From the NCBI RefSeq assembly GCF_004010195.1, contig NC_057753.1, forward strand, positions 1,166,890-1,230,889: 64,000 nucleotides of DNA, written 5' to 3'. The notes under the pieces were generated by a model, which was not told the origin of the DNA, searched no databases, and worked only from the letters and a program-made list of their open reading frames with translations. Positions 49,801 through 58,930 of the stretch are shown one piece after another. Numbering within the stretch: the first letter of the stretch is position 1; each line of letters begins with the position of its first letter. The position numbers and the translations under genes are program-made. Source of the stretch: Chiloscyllium plagiosum (Eukaryota).

Positions 49801-52040
49801 TTTTTTTTCCTGTATATTATAGCCTTTGCAGCCAGCATCAGAGGCTTGTTGCTCTGGCCGAGAAGAATGTTTCCCAAGTAGAACAAGTGATCACTGTGAT
49901 GGTAAAAATGGTCCTGTTAATAAATGTAAGCGGGGTTGTAAAATTCATATGGCTGTCAGTTTTTCACTGTAGGGAAACGTGATATTGCATAAATATTAAG
50001 TTTTCATGTTCACTAAAGCTTGCAGGTAAATAACTAAGCTACCTTTCATAAACACGGTCAGTTAAAATTAATTAATAATTTCAGGAAATTTGTCATCACA
50101 CTAACAACATTCTGCTGGAAGTTCTTAATATTCAGTTGCAGAGGGCATTACCCTCTGAAGTGTGAAATTATTCAGCGCACCCTAAAGATGCAGTAACGGC
50201 AGTTTCTTCGTTTTCATATTATTCTGTGAATGTTTAAATTGAAAAAGTTGATGTCAGTTTGAGTGGAGTGAATGGTTCGTGCTGTGGGACTGTTACCAAG
50301 GCAAAGCCCTACTTCTGTTTTGGCATTCACTGTCAATTGTTAACCACTTACGTGGATTTCGCCTCAGATCACCTCCACTAATAACTGATGTTTCCAAGCA
50401 TGCAAAAGGAAGGTAACTGCATCGCAAAAACAATGCCACTGTGCACACCTCAACTCATTGATGCTACTCATTTTGATGTGTTGATTAAATTCTGGCGTTA
50501 CGTGAGATCAAGACAAAACGTTTTGAACAGACAGGTTGCCTGGTTCGAATAAAAGAAAGGAAGCAAACAACACTAAGTGTAACGAGTGAGCCAATGAGCA
50601 AACTATTGCATTCTAAGCAACAAATATTGAACAAATGGGCATAACATGCACTTTAAATTTAAACTGACAGTTTACACTGAAACTACAGTTGCGTTAAAAT
50701 GATCGAATATTCGACACAACCTTGCATACAACAAGCTTCGAACTACAGATGTACTTGCGACAATGTTAATGCAATCGATATTATTTTACATAATAAGATT
50801 GTCTTTTGAAACACTTTAAAATTAGACGCAATAAAAAAAGTTTGCAGAAAATCTCCCTCAATGCCAAATTCTATTACTTGTTTGATTTAGAAGTTCTATG
50901 CATCTGTGGCGCACTGGCAAGCCTTAATTCAGGGTAACTGAGTAGGCTGTTTCGTTTGTAACGACTTAATTCCATTATCTACTCACATATGCATCTTACG
51001 TTCTCTATGCTAAGTTGGCTATCTGTTCAAATTGTTATATGCTTTTTTCCAGTTTAAGTTATATACTTAAACATATATTTATCCTTGAGAAAAATCTGAA
51101 CTGAGGTTAATCTACGACACATACATCACAGCACAAATATCTGAGTCTATGGGAAAATGCTCTGTTTCGCAAGTTATGCAATTGAGCCTGTTTAACCTGA
51201 ATAATAATCCTTTACAAGACATCAGCAAAATCATAGCGAGTTTAAGTAAGGGAGGAAACTTACCAGGGTTCACAGTCAGAACGGTGCCACTCCCTTTTTG
51301 GTAGTAGAACAGACAGCTATGTCCAGTTAGTCACAGTGACATATCCCATTGCAAAAATAATTGGTCGCACATAACTGTAAGTCGAACAGCAGCTCTGATC
51401 ATCTTAATGTCTCTTCTCTGGATTTGGCCGCTAAATATTGCTATCAGTCATTTGAAATCGTCTTCTGCTATTCTAGGCGACATTTGCTGGCCTCAAAGTG
51501 AATGTTGAGTGTTGAAAAGACAAGTCAAGCCCAATTTATTTCTCAGGAGATTTGATGGCGTTTTTGCATTAGTAGAACGTCAGGTTCATTACTGTGATCG
51601 TCACATGCTCCACATCTATACGTGCCACTGTCCTCAACTCTCAGATCACTAATTTTCAGAGAAAAGGACGATAATCCCTCGTTTACTGATTCAACATATC
51701 GTTCACCAGTTGATATGCTCTCCTCGTTTGTTGAGCCCAATTTTGTCCAATACCAGCCTGTGCTGTACAATCCGTAGTTAACATCTCTTAGGACGCAGTT
51801 GATGGTTAAAGATTCGCCCGAAGTTTTTGTTGCTGATCTCGGTTTTTGATCAATCCTTGAAGTTAATACATCTGGATGGGGAAAAGTATATTTAATGCAT
51901 GAAATTCGTCGATAAATAGGAAAGTTTTTAGACAAGGACATTTAAGTAACGTAAATGTGATTTTAGTTAAATAATCGTTATGAGAAACAGCACTGACTTG
52001 GTAACCTGGTTAAAAGGACTGAAAGCAAGAAAATATTCAT
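22798..52040 (-). CDS. IgNAR: IgNAR heavy-chain gene cluster, multi-exon: L-V-[DJ]-C1-C2-C3-C4-C5(sec)-TM1-TM2; requires V-DJ recombination
   Basis: Leader, VNAR, J, five C1-set exons closely resembling known shark IgNAR C1-C5, secretory tail and a CART-motif TM exon, all on the minus strand in the expected order. GT/AG boundaries, phase-1 introns, no internal stops seen. Confidence 0.97.
23860..23960 (-). mobile_element. Short Penelope-derived fragment with a degenerate hammerhead motif
   Basis: Minus strand CTGAGGA-AGGGTCACTGCATT-GAAAACGTT, same family as 9620-9800. Confidence 0.6.
24805..25020 (+). mobile_element. HE1/V-SINE-like SINE, 5'-truncated
   Basis: gcgtgggtttcc...aaagatgtgcaggtcaggttaattggccatgcgaaattg...aatctaatct tail. 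Confidence 0.8.
25440..26110 (+). mobile_element. Degraded CR1 3' fragment
   Basis: [12 protein letters not shown] remnant at about 25600-25640. Confidence 0.7.
26728..26885 (-). CDS. IgNAR: IgNAR TM1 exon (acidic spacer plus transmembrane helix)
   Basis: Acceptor ttgcag|GC and donor AAG|GTAATA. Translation [53 protein letters not shown] carries the antigen-receptor CART motif (FxxLFxLSxxYSxxVT). Confidence 0.92.
29470..29729. repeat. 98-bp direct duplication flanking an isolated SINE head
   Basis: 29470-29567 is repeated at 29632-29729 with one mismatch. Between the copies lies the minus-strand SINE 5' end gggcggcacggtggcacagtggttagcactgctgcctcacagcgcctgagacccgggttcaa (29629-29568). Confidence 0.95.
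32877..33190 (+). mobile_element. HE1/V-SINE-like SINE, near full length
   Basis: tRNA-like head ggtggcacagtggttagcactgctgcctcacagcgccagagacccggcttcaattcc, central domain, and tctaa-type tail. Confidence 0.9.
33971..33976 (-). terminator. Candidate polyadenylation signal, secreted form
   Basis: AATAAA on the minus strand about 320 nt after the secretory stop codon. Confidence 0.65.
34298..34680 (-). CDS. IgNAR: IgNAR C5 exon plus secretory tailpiece
   Basis: Acceptor tttacag|TC. Translation [36 protein letters not shown]...[42 protein letters not shown]. Internal donor G|GTAAAC after 34360 serves TM splicing. Tail has an NVS sequon and a penultimate Cys. Confidence 0.97.
35216..35536 (-). 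CDS. IgNAR: IgNAR C4 exon
   Basis: Acceptor ttttcag|AT and donor G|GTAAGT; 321 nt. [48 protein letters not shown]...[22 protein letters not shown]. Confidence 0.97.
38348..38665 (-). CDS. IgNAR: IgNAR C3 exon
   Basis: Acceptor tattacag|TT and donor G|GTAAGA; 318 nt. [36 protein letters not shown]...[19 protein letters not shown]. Confidence 0.97.
38757..39059 (-). CDS. IgNAR: IgNAR C2 exon
   Basis: Acceptor ctaacag|AG and donor G|GTTGGT; 303 nt, with a 91-nt intron to C3. [28 protein letters not shown]...[22 protein letters not shown]. Confidence 0.96.
39885..40205 (-). CDS. IgNAR: IgNAR C1 exon
   Basis: Acceptor aattttag|GA and donor G|GTAAGA; 321 nt. [46 protein letters not shown]...[29 protein letters not shown]. 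Confidence 0.97.
46135..46960 (-). mobile_element. Young CR1 LINE 3' end in the J-C1 intron
   Basis: Open 245-aa frame [12 protein letters not shown]...[19 protein letters not shown]...RRLRGDLIE...WNSLP. Terminal 8-mer repeats (gaccataa on plus) at about 46139-46156. Confidence 0.95.
47935..48930 (-). mobile_element. Young CR1 LINE segment (endonuclease C-terminus to RT linker)
   Basis: IMGDFN...[15 protein letters not shown]...GSSDHN (48438-48908) and [15 protein letters not shown] (47773-48390). One frameshift. Confidence 0.92.
51264..51331 (-). CDS. IgNAR: IgNAR D-J segment, apparently germline-joined
   Basis: 68 nt: A CTA ACT GGA CAT AGC TGT CTG TTC TAC TAC CAA AAA GGG AGT GGC ACC GTT CTG ACT GTG AAC CCT G|GTAAGT = [22 protein letters not shown]. 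Has the J motif GxGTxLTV and a perfect donor. Confidence 0.93.
51332..51359 (+). promoter_or_regulatory. 12-spacer recombination signal sequence 5' of the DJ segment
   Basis: Heptamer CACAGTG (51332-51338), 12-nt spacer (51339-51350), nonamer GCAAAAATA (51351-51359). Confidence 0.93.
51559..51596 (-). promoter_or_regulatory. 22-spacer recombination signal sequence 3' of V
   Basis: Heptamer CACAGTA (51596-51590), 22-nt spacer, nonamer GCAAAAACG (51567-51559). Confidence 0.92.
51597..51871 (-). CDS. IgNAR: IgNAR variable (VNAR) exon
   Basis: Acceptor ttttccccatccag|AT. (N)[91 protein letters not shown]. Shows the short FR2/CDR2-deleted VNAR architecture. Confidence 0.97.
51998..52040 (-). CDS. 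IgNAR: IgNAR leader (signal peptide) exon
   Basis: ATG AAT ATT TTC TTG CTT TCA GTC CTT TTA ACC AGG TTA CCA A|GTCAGT = [14 protein letters not shown], matching the known IgNAR leader type [14 protein letters not shown]. 126-nt phase-1 intron to V. Confidence 0.95.
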
Positions 52041-52134
52041 ATTTTCTGCGTCAGCAGATAGAACGCTTTTACAGAGCCGAAGCCAGATTTCAATACCATC
52101 TATCCTGTGAAACATGTGTGTCAGAGCATCGACC

Positions 52135-52167
52135 TTATAAACCTTACGTGATTGTCTTTATTTGCAT
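52135..52167 (-). promoter_or_regulatory. V promoter: octamer plus TATA-like box
   Basis: ATGCAAAT (52167-52160) lies 20 nt upstream of TATAA (52139-52135), which is about 95 nt upstream of the ATG. Confidence 0.8.
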
Positions 52168-52242
52168 GGTGTGGAAGAAGAAACCAATTACGTTGATTAT
52201 AGCTCACGGGTTGTGACGGGCTGAGTTTGGTGCCCACTAAGC

Positions 52243-53415
52243 ATCTGGATTAGTGGTGCTAGAACAGCACAGCAGTTCAGGCAGCATTCGAGGAGCAGTA
52301 AAATCGACGTTTCTGGCTAAAGCCCTTCATCAGGAATAAAGGCAGAGAGCCTGAAGGGTGGAAAGATAAGCTAGAGGAGGGTGGAGGTGGGGAGAAAGTA
52401 GCATAGAGTACAATAGGTGAGTGGGGGAGGGGATGAAGGTGATAGGTCAAGGAGAAGGGTTGAGTGGATAGATGGAAAAGAAGATAGGCAGGTAGGACAA
52501 CTCATGGGGACAGTGCTGAGCTGGAAGTGAGATGTTCCCTAAGGCGCTCTGCTAGGAGGCGCCCAGTCTTCCCAATGTAGAGGAGACCGCATCGGGAGCA
52601 ACGGATACAGTAGATGATATTAGTGGATGTGCAGGTAAAATTTTGATGGATGTGGAAGGCTCCTTTAGGGCCTTGGATGGAGGTGTGGGCACAGGTTTTA
52701 CAGTTCCTGCGGTGGCAGGGGAAAGTGCCAGGATGGGGGGGTGGGTCGTAGGGGGGCGTGGACCTGACCAGGTAGTCACGGAGGGAACGGTCTTTGCGGA
52801 AGGCGGAGAGGGGTGGGGAGGGGAATATATCCCTGGTGGTGGGGTCTGTTTGGAGGTGGCGGAAATGTCGGCGGATGATTTGGTTTATGCGAAGGTTGGT
52901 AGGGTGGAAGGTGTGCACCAGGGGCGTTCTGTCCTTGTTGCGGTTGGAGGGGTTGGGTCTGGGGGCGGAGGTGCGGGATGTGGATGAGATGCATTGGAGG
53001 GCATCTTTAACCACGAGGGAAGAGAAATTGCGGTCTCTAATGAAGGTGGCCATCTGGTGTGTTCTGTGGTGGAACTGCTCCTCCTGGGAGCAGATACGGC
53101 GGAGGCGGAGGAATTGGGAATACGGGATGGCATTTTTGCAAGAGGTAGGGTGGGAAGAGGTGTAATCCAGGTAGCTGTGGGAGTCGGTGGGTTTGTAAAA
53201 AATGTCAGTGTCAAGTCGGTCGTCATTAATGGAGATGGAGAGGTCCAGGAAGGGGAGGAAGGTGTTAGAGATGGTCCTGGTAAATGTAAGGTCAGGGTGG
53301 AATGTGTTGGTGAAGTTGATGAATTGATCATCCTCCTCGCGGGAGCACGAGGTGCGGCCAATGGAGTCATCAATGTGGCAGAGGAAGAGGTGGGGAGTGG
53401 TGCCAGTGTATGTGA
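52243..53415 (-). mobile_element. Penelope-like element, 5'-truncated (RT C-terminus, GIY-YIG endonuclease, terminal repeat with hammerhead motif)
   Basis: ORF 52502-53449: HIDD..., LPFLDL, YKPTDSHSYLDYTSSHP, Cys motif PCHRRNCKTC, NIIYCIRCSRCGLLYIGKTGRLLAERLREH. Hammerhead core CTGATGA...GAAACGTC at 52333-52306. Confidence 0.93.
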
Positions 53416-54461
53416 ACATATTAGTAAAGTAATGAAGTAAACAATTCATTGTAGATTGAGTAAATTTCCACGCATCAGGCTAGATGACATGTGCTAAATT
53501 TCCTTCTTTATTAACTTGATAATTTTTGAATTTCTTATCCGGGAACACCTGCAATGATAAGACAGCGAACTCATGCTCAAAGGCCACAGTTGAATAATTC
53601 CGATTGAAATCACACACACAGTGCTCTCTGACAATGGAGTGGCCACCCAGCCGTGTCTATGAATGCCAAACTGGTCTGAGACGTGACAATAGAAACATGT
53701 TTGGTGTCTCCCTTCCCTTCATAATCTGGTCTGAAATATATATTGAAATTAAGAATGTCTTTGAACATTTAAATAGTACTGAAAATAAATGTTGATCTTT
53801 AAGAATTCAAAATTCAGAAGTGAAGAGTAAAGATTCAAAAAGAACAGAACACTGTAAAGGCAAAAACAAGAGACGATAGTCAGCAGGTTTACAAATGGAT
53901 AGAAACATCACGCAGGATTTGCTTCTGTGGAAACCTCTGTTGACCTCTGTTTCAGCGATTTGGATGTCAACCTCAAGTGAGTGCTCCTGAAATTTGAATA
54001 ATGTATTCAAGTACACATTTTGATTAACAATTTAGGAAAAAACAATCAAAGAGAAAACGATAAAATGGAGCAATAATCTTTAAGTCACGATTACTTGTGG
54101 AAATTTTGCCGTCTTTAAACAAAAGAGCAATGTTATTCCTTTGAATTAGCAGACGTTTGATGCTTTGAAATGGAAGGATTTTTTGAGAATACCTTTAAAG
54201 CATGATAGAACTCTAAAATAAACACATGAAATTCCAGTTAATTTTTAAAAATTATGAAATCAGCACAAATTAGGACAAATGATTAATCAAAGATAATATA
54301 CCATATTTCGACAGTTCAGAATTCGAATCCACCCAAGAGTTTGAAGATTATGAGTTCAAAGCCGATATCAGAGATTCTGTATAATGAGGACTGGCATGTG
54401 GATGTACCGGTATGGGGAATGCATGAAATTTGCTATTTTCATTGCTCAAAGACCAAAGAAT

Positions 54462-54750
54462 GGCATGGTGGCCCAGTGGTTAGCACTGTTGCCTCACAAT
54501 GTCAGGGTCCTGCGTTTGATTCCCATCTCACGCGAATGTCTCTGTGGAGTTTGCACATTTGCCCCGTGTCTGCGTGAGTTTCCTTCACATTCCCAAAATG
54601 TGCAGGCCAGGTGAATTGGCCAAGTTAAATTGCCCATAATGTTAGGTACATTATTCAGCGGGAGGTTGGGTGGGTTATTCTTCAGAGGGTTGGTGTGGAC
54701 TTGATGGACGAAAGGACCTGTTTCCACACTGTGATCTCATCTAAACTAAA
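54462..54750 (+). mobile_element. HE1/V-SINE-like SINE
   Basis: ggcatggtggcccagtggttagcactgttgcctcac head plus central domain. Confidence 0.85.
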
Positions 54751-56499
54751 AGAAAATCTGTATTTCCAATAACACGTATGAAATTCTGGACAGGGGGTCC
54801 TTTTATACGTAGAGGAAAAATACCTTCGTGAAGTTGCTGAGTATAGAAACACATGCCATGCATACACTTTGGCAGATGGGCAGAAGACATATTAGCGTAG
54901 ACAGGGTAGTGTCCCTGTGGAATTATTTTCCAGTCTTGTAATTTTCATGTGATATTTCCTCAGATGGACTCCCACTAAAACTAATGTTAATAGTACTGTT
55001 CTACTAGTATGCTGCTGAGGGTGCTGTTGAACATCTCAAGTGTATTACATTTGCTCTTTCTTCAGTGCAGAATATCCAGTATTATTGCATGTGGCGATCA
55101 TGCAGAGAACATCATAGACTTATACAACATGGAAATAGACCCTTCAGTCCACTTGTGCATGTATCCTAAACAGAACTGCACCAATTTTCCAGTTTGTTTC
55201 TCATATTCCTCTGAAAGTTTACTATTCATGCACCTGCCCAACTGTGTTTTAAATGTTAGATTTCCACCTACCTCTACCACTTCGTTATGGACGAGAAAAT
55301 CCCCCCCTTGAAATACGTTAAGAAGCTAGTCAAGACCTTAACATCTGGATGTTTTGAAGGCAAGTACTAAGCGTTGCATTCTGGAAGTAATGTGATTGTG
55401 AAAACCACCAGTTTTGTACTATGGAAAAATACAACAGGGAAAAGATGAAATTGATTAACTTAATTCTAAGGAAGACTTAATGGCATAATAGATGATGATG
55501 AACGGTAACAGTTCCAATACAGTATTATTTCATAAACTCACCCCTGGCAAAATGAAAATTCAGAAAAATCGTTTCTTTGAAAGAAGCATCCGGAGAAAAT
55601 AATGAGGAAAGGTATACTTCAGCTTGCATCCAGCTTCAAGATCTGGCAAATGCTTGCACTGAAAACCTTAAACTAAATATCTTGGTTTACGGGGATACAG
55701 CCCCAACCATTTGGGCTACTTCGATTGTTCATGTTTTTTTTTTAAAGAATTACCTAAGACCTCATAAGCTGTTTACTTTCTTGGCTTTCAATAGGTAGAA
55801 CCACCCCTCGGTCTTAAAACCTCTCTTCAAAATAAAAGAGGAAAATACACGTATAAAGCCAAAACATCGTCACAAATTCCTCTGGCATTACATTCCATCC
55901 ATGCACCACCCTGCCTTTGTGAAGTTTATTCCTCGGGTCCCTTTCAATTCTTTCTCCTCTCATTTTCAAACCTCTAGTTTTGGAACTCCCTTACCCTCGG
56001 GAAAAGATCTTGGCTATTCACGTTATCTGCGCCCCTCATGATTTTATGTACCCTTAAAAGGTGACCCTACAGCCTCTCACAAACTTTCAGCCCAAATAAA
56101 AACCCTCGAACACGACCGTCTGCCTTGCAACAAAGAGCCAATTTTGTATCCGGGGGTGCCAGTACAGAATGTTATTATAACTGGAGGTGTGTGATCCAAT
56201 GAATTACTGAAAGAAAGAACATGGTGGCAGAGGAATAGCAGCACAGCATGTGGGCTCCTCAGCCCTGAAGCAGGTTGCTTTTCTACTCCATTCTTCTTTA
56301 TATTTCTCTTTTTCTGTTTTTAATCTTTTTCAATAAGCATACATAGTATAGATGATAATAACTTAATTATGTCTTCATTTAAACGATTCATCTGTGAGCT
56401 TTTTCGAAGTGGCCGGTTTCTTCTGGTCTTTCCCTGCATGTTGCACTTGGCCTGCAGCGTGGTCTCTGATGGAGCGCCATGTTGTGAAGGTGCTGGTGT

Positions 56500-57085
56500 T
56501 TGACGGAGGTGGACAAAGTGAAAAATCGTTTTACACCAGATTATAGTCCAACATGTTTATTTGGAAGTATTAGGTTTTGAAGCACTGCTTCTTCGTCAGG
56601 TAGATGTGGAGCAGGATCATAACACACAGAATTTATAGCAAAGGATTAAAGTATCATGCAACTGAAACGACATATTGATCATCCAGATTGCTGTTAAGTC
56701 TTTCATCCTTTAGCATGGGTTGCAGATTTTCATTCATTAATATGTAAATATCAGAACTTCTTTTAAGTCACATTCTCGAGATTACTTAAGATTTTACAAA
56801 AAAAATGTGACATCTCAACTCAGACACTGCATTAAAGTTATGAGGTTAGAGTCGGTCTGTATCACACGCACATATTCACACAGTCACACACACTGTCTCT
56901 CTCATGCACTCACACACATATGTAAGTCTAAGGGGTGAATTTGCATTTGCAGAATTGTATTTGCAGACACAATTTATTTTGCTCAAAAAGCATACATTTT
57001 GCAGGCAGTTAATGCAGGCAGTCACTCCATTTTATAAATTCCTACTTTGGAAATAGAACCACTCAGACACAAGATTGGGATAAAG
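56500..57085 (-). mobile_element. Penelope-derived terminal-repeat region (third family) with a degenerate hammerhead motif
   Basis: Minus strand CTGACGA-AGAAGCAGTGCTTC-AAAAC at about 56599-56574, plus CA-rich internal sequence. Confidence 0.55.
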
Positions 57086-58469
57086 AGAATGTGTGATGCT
57101 TAGCTTTCATGGAACGGATTGTCCCGGTTTGAATTCTCGACGGCGGTCTGACTCAATTATAATCTTCAGCAAATGCTTCCGGCTTTGATATTTCAATATC
57201 TCGGCGTACCATTTTATCCATGGGTGGCAGACTTACCTAGTCCAGTGATTTGAGAGTCCGCATAATTTTACGTGAGGTTCTTGGCAGTTTTTCTTTGGAG
57301 GCTTTCAGCCCAGTGGAGCAGCGCCCCGACGTTTCAGTTTTCGTCCCATCGTGTCATTCTCGTCGTGGATTTTGTTCTCATTTCGATTAGATCTGTTGTC
57401 TCTTGATAGGATTCCTTCAAGACCAGGAGCCCTTGAATGGACTTTGACGAACTTTGTCTTTTATTTACTTCTTGTAACTTATTACTTTATCACGATTTCT
57501 GTCATTAGTAAAGGCACCATGGCAGGGCTACTTAAAGTACAAATAAGAAGAAACTCTAAATTCTAAATACGACTGAATTGTGCACAAGTGACATTAGTTC
57601 ATCAGATTTTTTCCAGTTCAATGATCAAAGATATAATGCTTTCTCTGGACAGACGTGATGAAAATGTGGCTAGTAGAACATTGTTAGATTTGAGAATATT
57701 TTGGGGACAGTAGTTATAATAACATTGTGACGTCCTCAGCTGTGGATTTCTGAAATTCAATCTTGACAAAAAATCTAATTGGACGGCTGACATGAATACT
57801 CCGATTAGAAGAACACATTGGTTTCTCGCAATTCAGTGATCAAGAAGACCTCCAGTTTACCAAGAAACTATCCTCTTTCTGCGAGGCAATGGTCAAGAAT
57901 GTGGTTGAATACACTCGTATTTACTGCATGAATTCAGTTCCACCCACTTGGGAGTTCGACACTATCAAAGGCAAATCTGACCAAAATCTACACAAACGCG
58001 AACAAAACTTATTGCACTGTAGCAAACGCATTTGTTATCTTCAAGTGTCACAACAGTCAGTAGCTTCACCGGTTTCCTTAATTTCAACGTTATCTGTTTT
58101 GGTTTTGCTCAGTCAGAGTCTGTTTCTGTCCCTTCAACCTTTCAGGTTCCATCTTGAAGATTTTATAGTCCCGTTTTTATTGCTGTTTGAGAACGTGGAG
58201 ATATAATTCTATATTTTTGCAAAATATCATTTGTACAGTTAACTCATCACTCATCGATAAAAAAAGTTTCCCACAAGTCTGTTTCTTGCATATTTCAAAT
58301 TCCAAGTTTTGTACAAATATTCACTCCAAGAGTGTGCAGTCTGAAGTTTATTAACAACCTTTGTTTGGGACTTATGGTGAATTCTTCTCAAAACCTGTAT
58401 AGGAAACATTGATAAACATTTGCTTATTTAAGGAACTCTTTAAAGAATGAACTCGATTTGTCAATCATA

Positions 58470-58930
58470 ACGAATCATAGAGTCATGCAGCAAAGAAGCA
58501 GACCCTTCAATCCAACTATTCTATGTCAAGCATGATCCCAAGATGAATTCGTCCCACCGGCCTGCTCCTGGCCCATATCTGACCAAACCTTTCCTCTTTA
58601 TCTTCTTAGCCAAATATCTTTCAATCATTGTAATTTTATCCACATCCATCACACCCTCAGGAAGTTCATTCACTATGCGAATCACACACTGTGTAAACAA
58701 AATCCTCATGTTTTTTTTAACGATCTCCTCTCAACTTTAAAAATGTACGCCTTAGTCTTGAATTCCCACATCCTTGAGTAACTCAATTAACATTAACTCT
58801 ACTTTTTCCTCTCATTGCTTTGCAAACTTCCATCAGGTCGCCTCTCAACCTGCTATGCTCCACTGAAAAGAGTCCCAGCCAATCCAGCCTTTCGTTCTAA
58901 TTCACACTTGCAAAGTCAGCAGCATCCTGG
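58470..58930 (-). mobile_element. Degraded CR1 3' fragment
   Basis: ORF 58521-58709 FTQCVIRIVNELPEGVM resembles the CR1 FTQRVVRVWNELP motif. Confidence 0.7.

Noticed and set aside
50424-50443. GCAAAAACA near CACTGTG in the J-C intron, resembling an RSS
   Set aside because: Only 4 nt apart and in incompatible orientation; no J-like coding sequence adjacent.
51271-51300. Heptamer-like CACAGTC inside J
   Set aside because: It is the coding sequence for LTV read on the other strand and has no nonamer at 12 or 22/23 nt.
51360-51558. Possible hidden D segments between V and DJ
   Set aside because: No CACAGTG/CACTGTG-like heptamer with a correctly spaced nonamer found by eye on either strand.
51543-51941. 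The 132-aa ORF as a stand-alone protein
   Set aside because: It is the V exon extended into intron at one end and through the RSS at the other; the true exon is 51597-51871.
52643-53440. Gly-rich plus-strand ORFs
   Set aside because: Antisense shadows of the C-rich Penelope ORF.
55542-55658. Exon-like segment on the minus strand (ttttcag acceptor, GTGAGT donor)
   Set aside because: Stops in all three frames and no supporting partner exons; splice-like motifs occur by chance.
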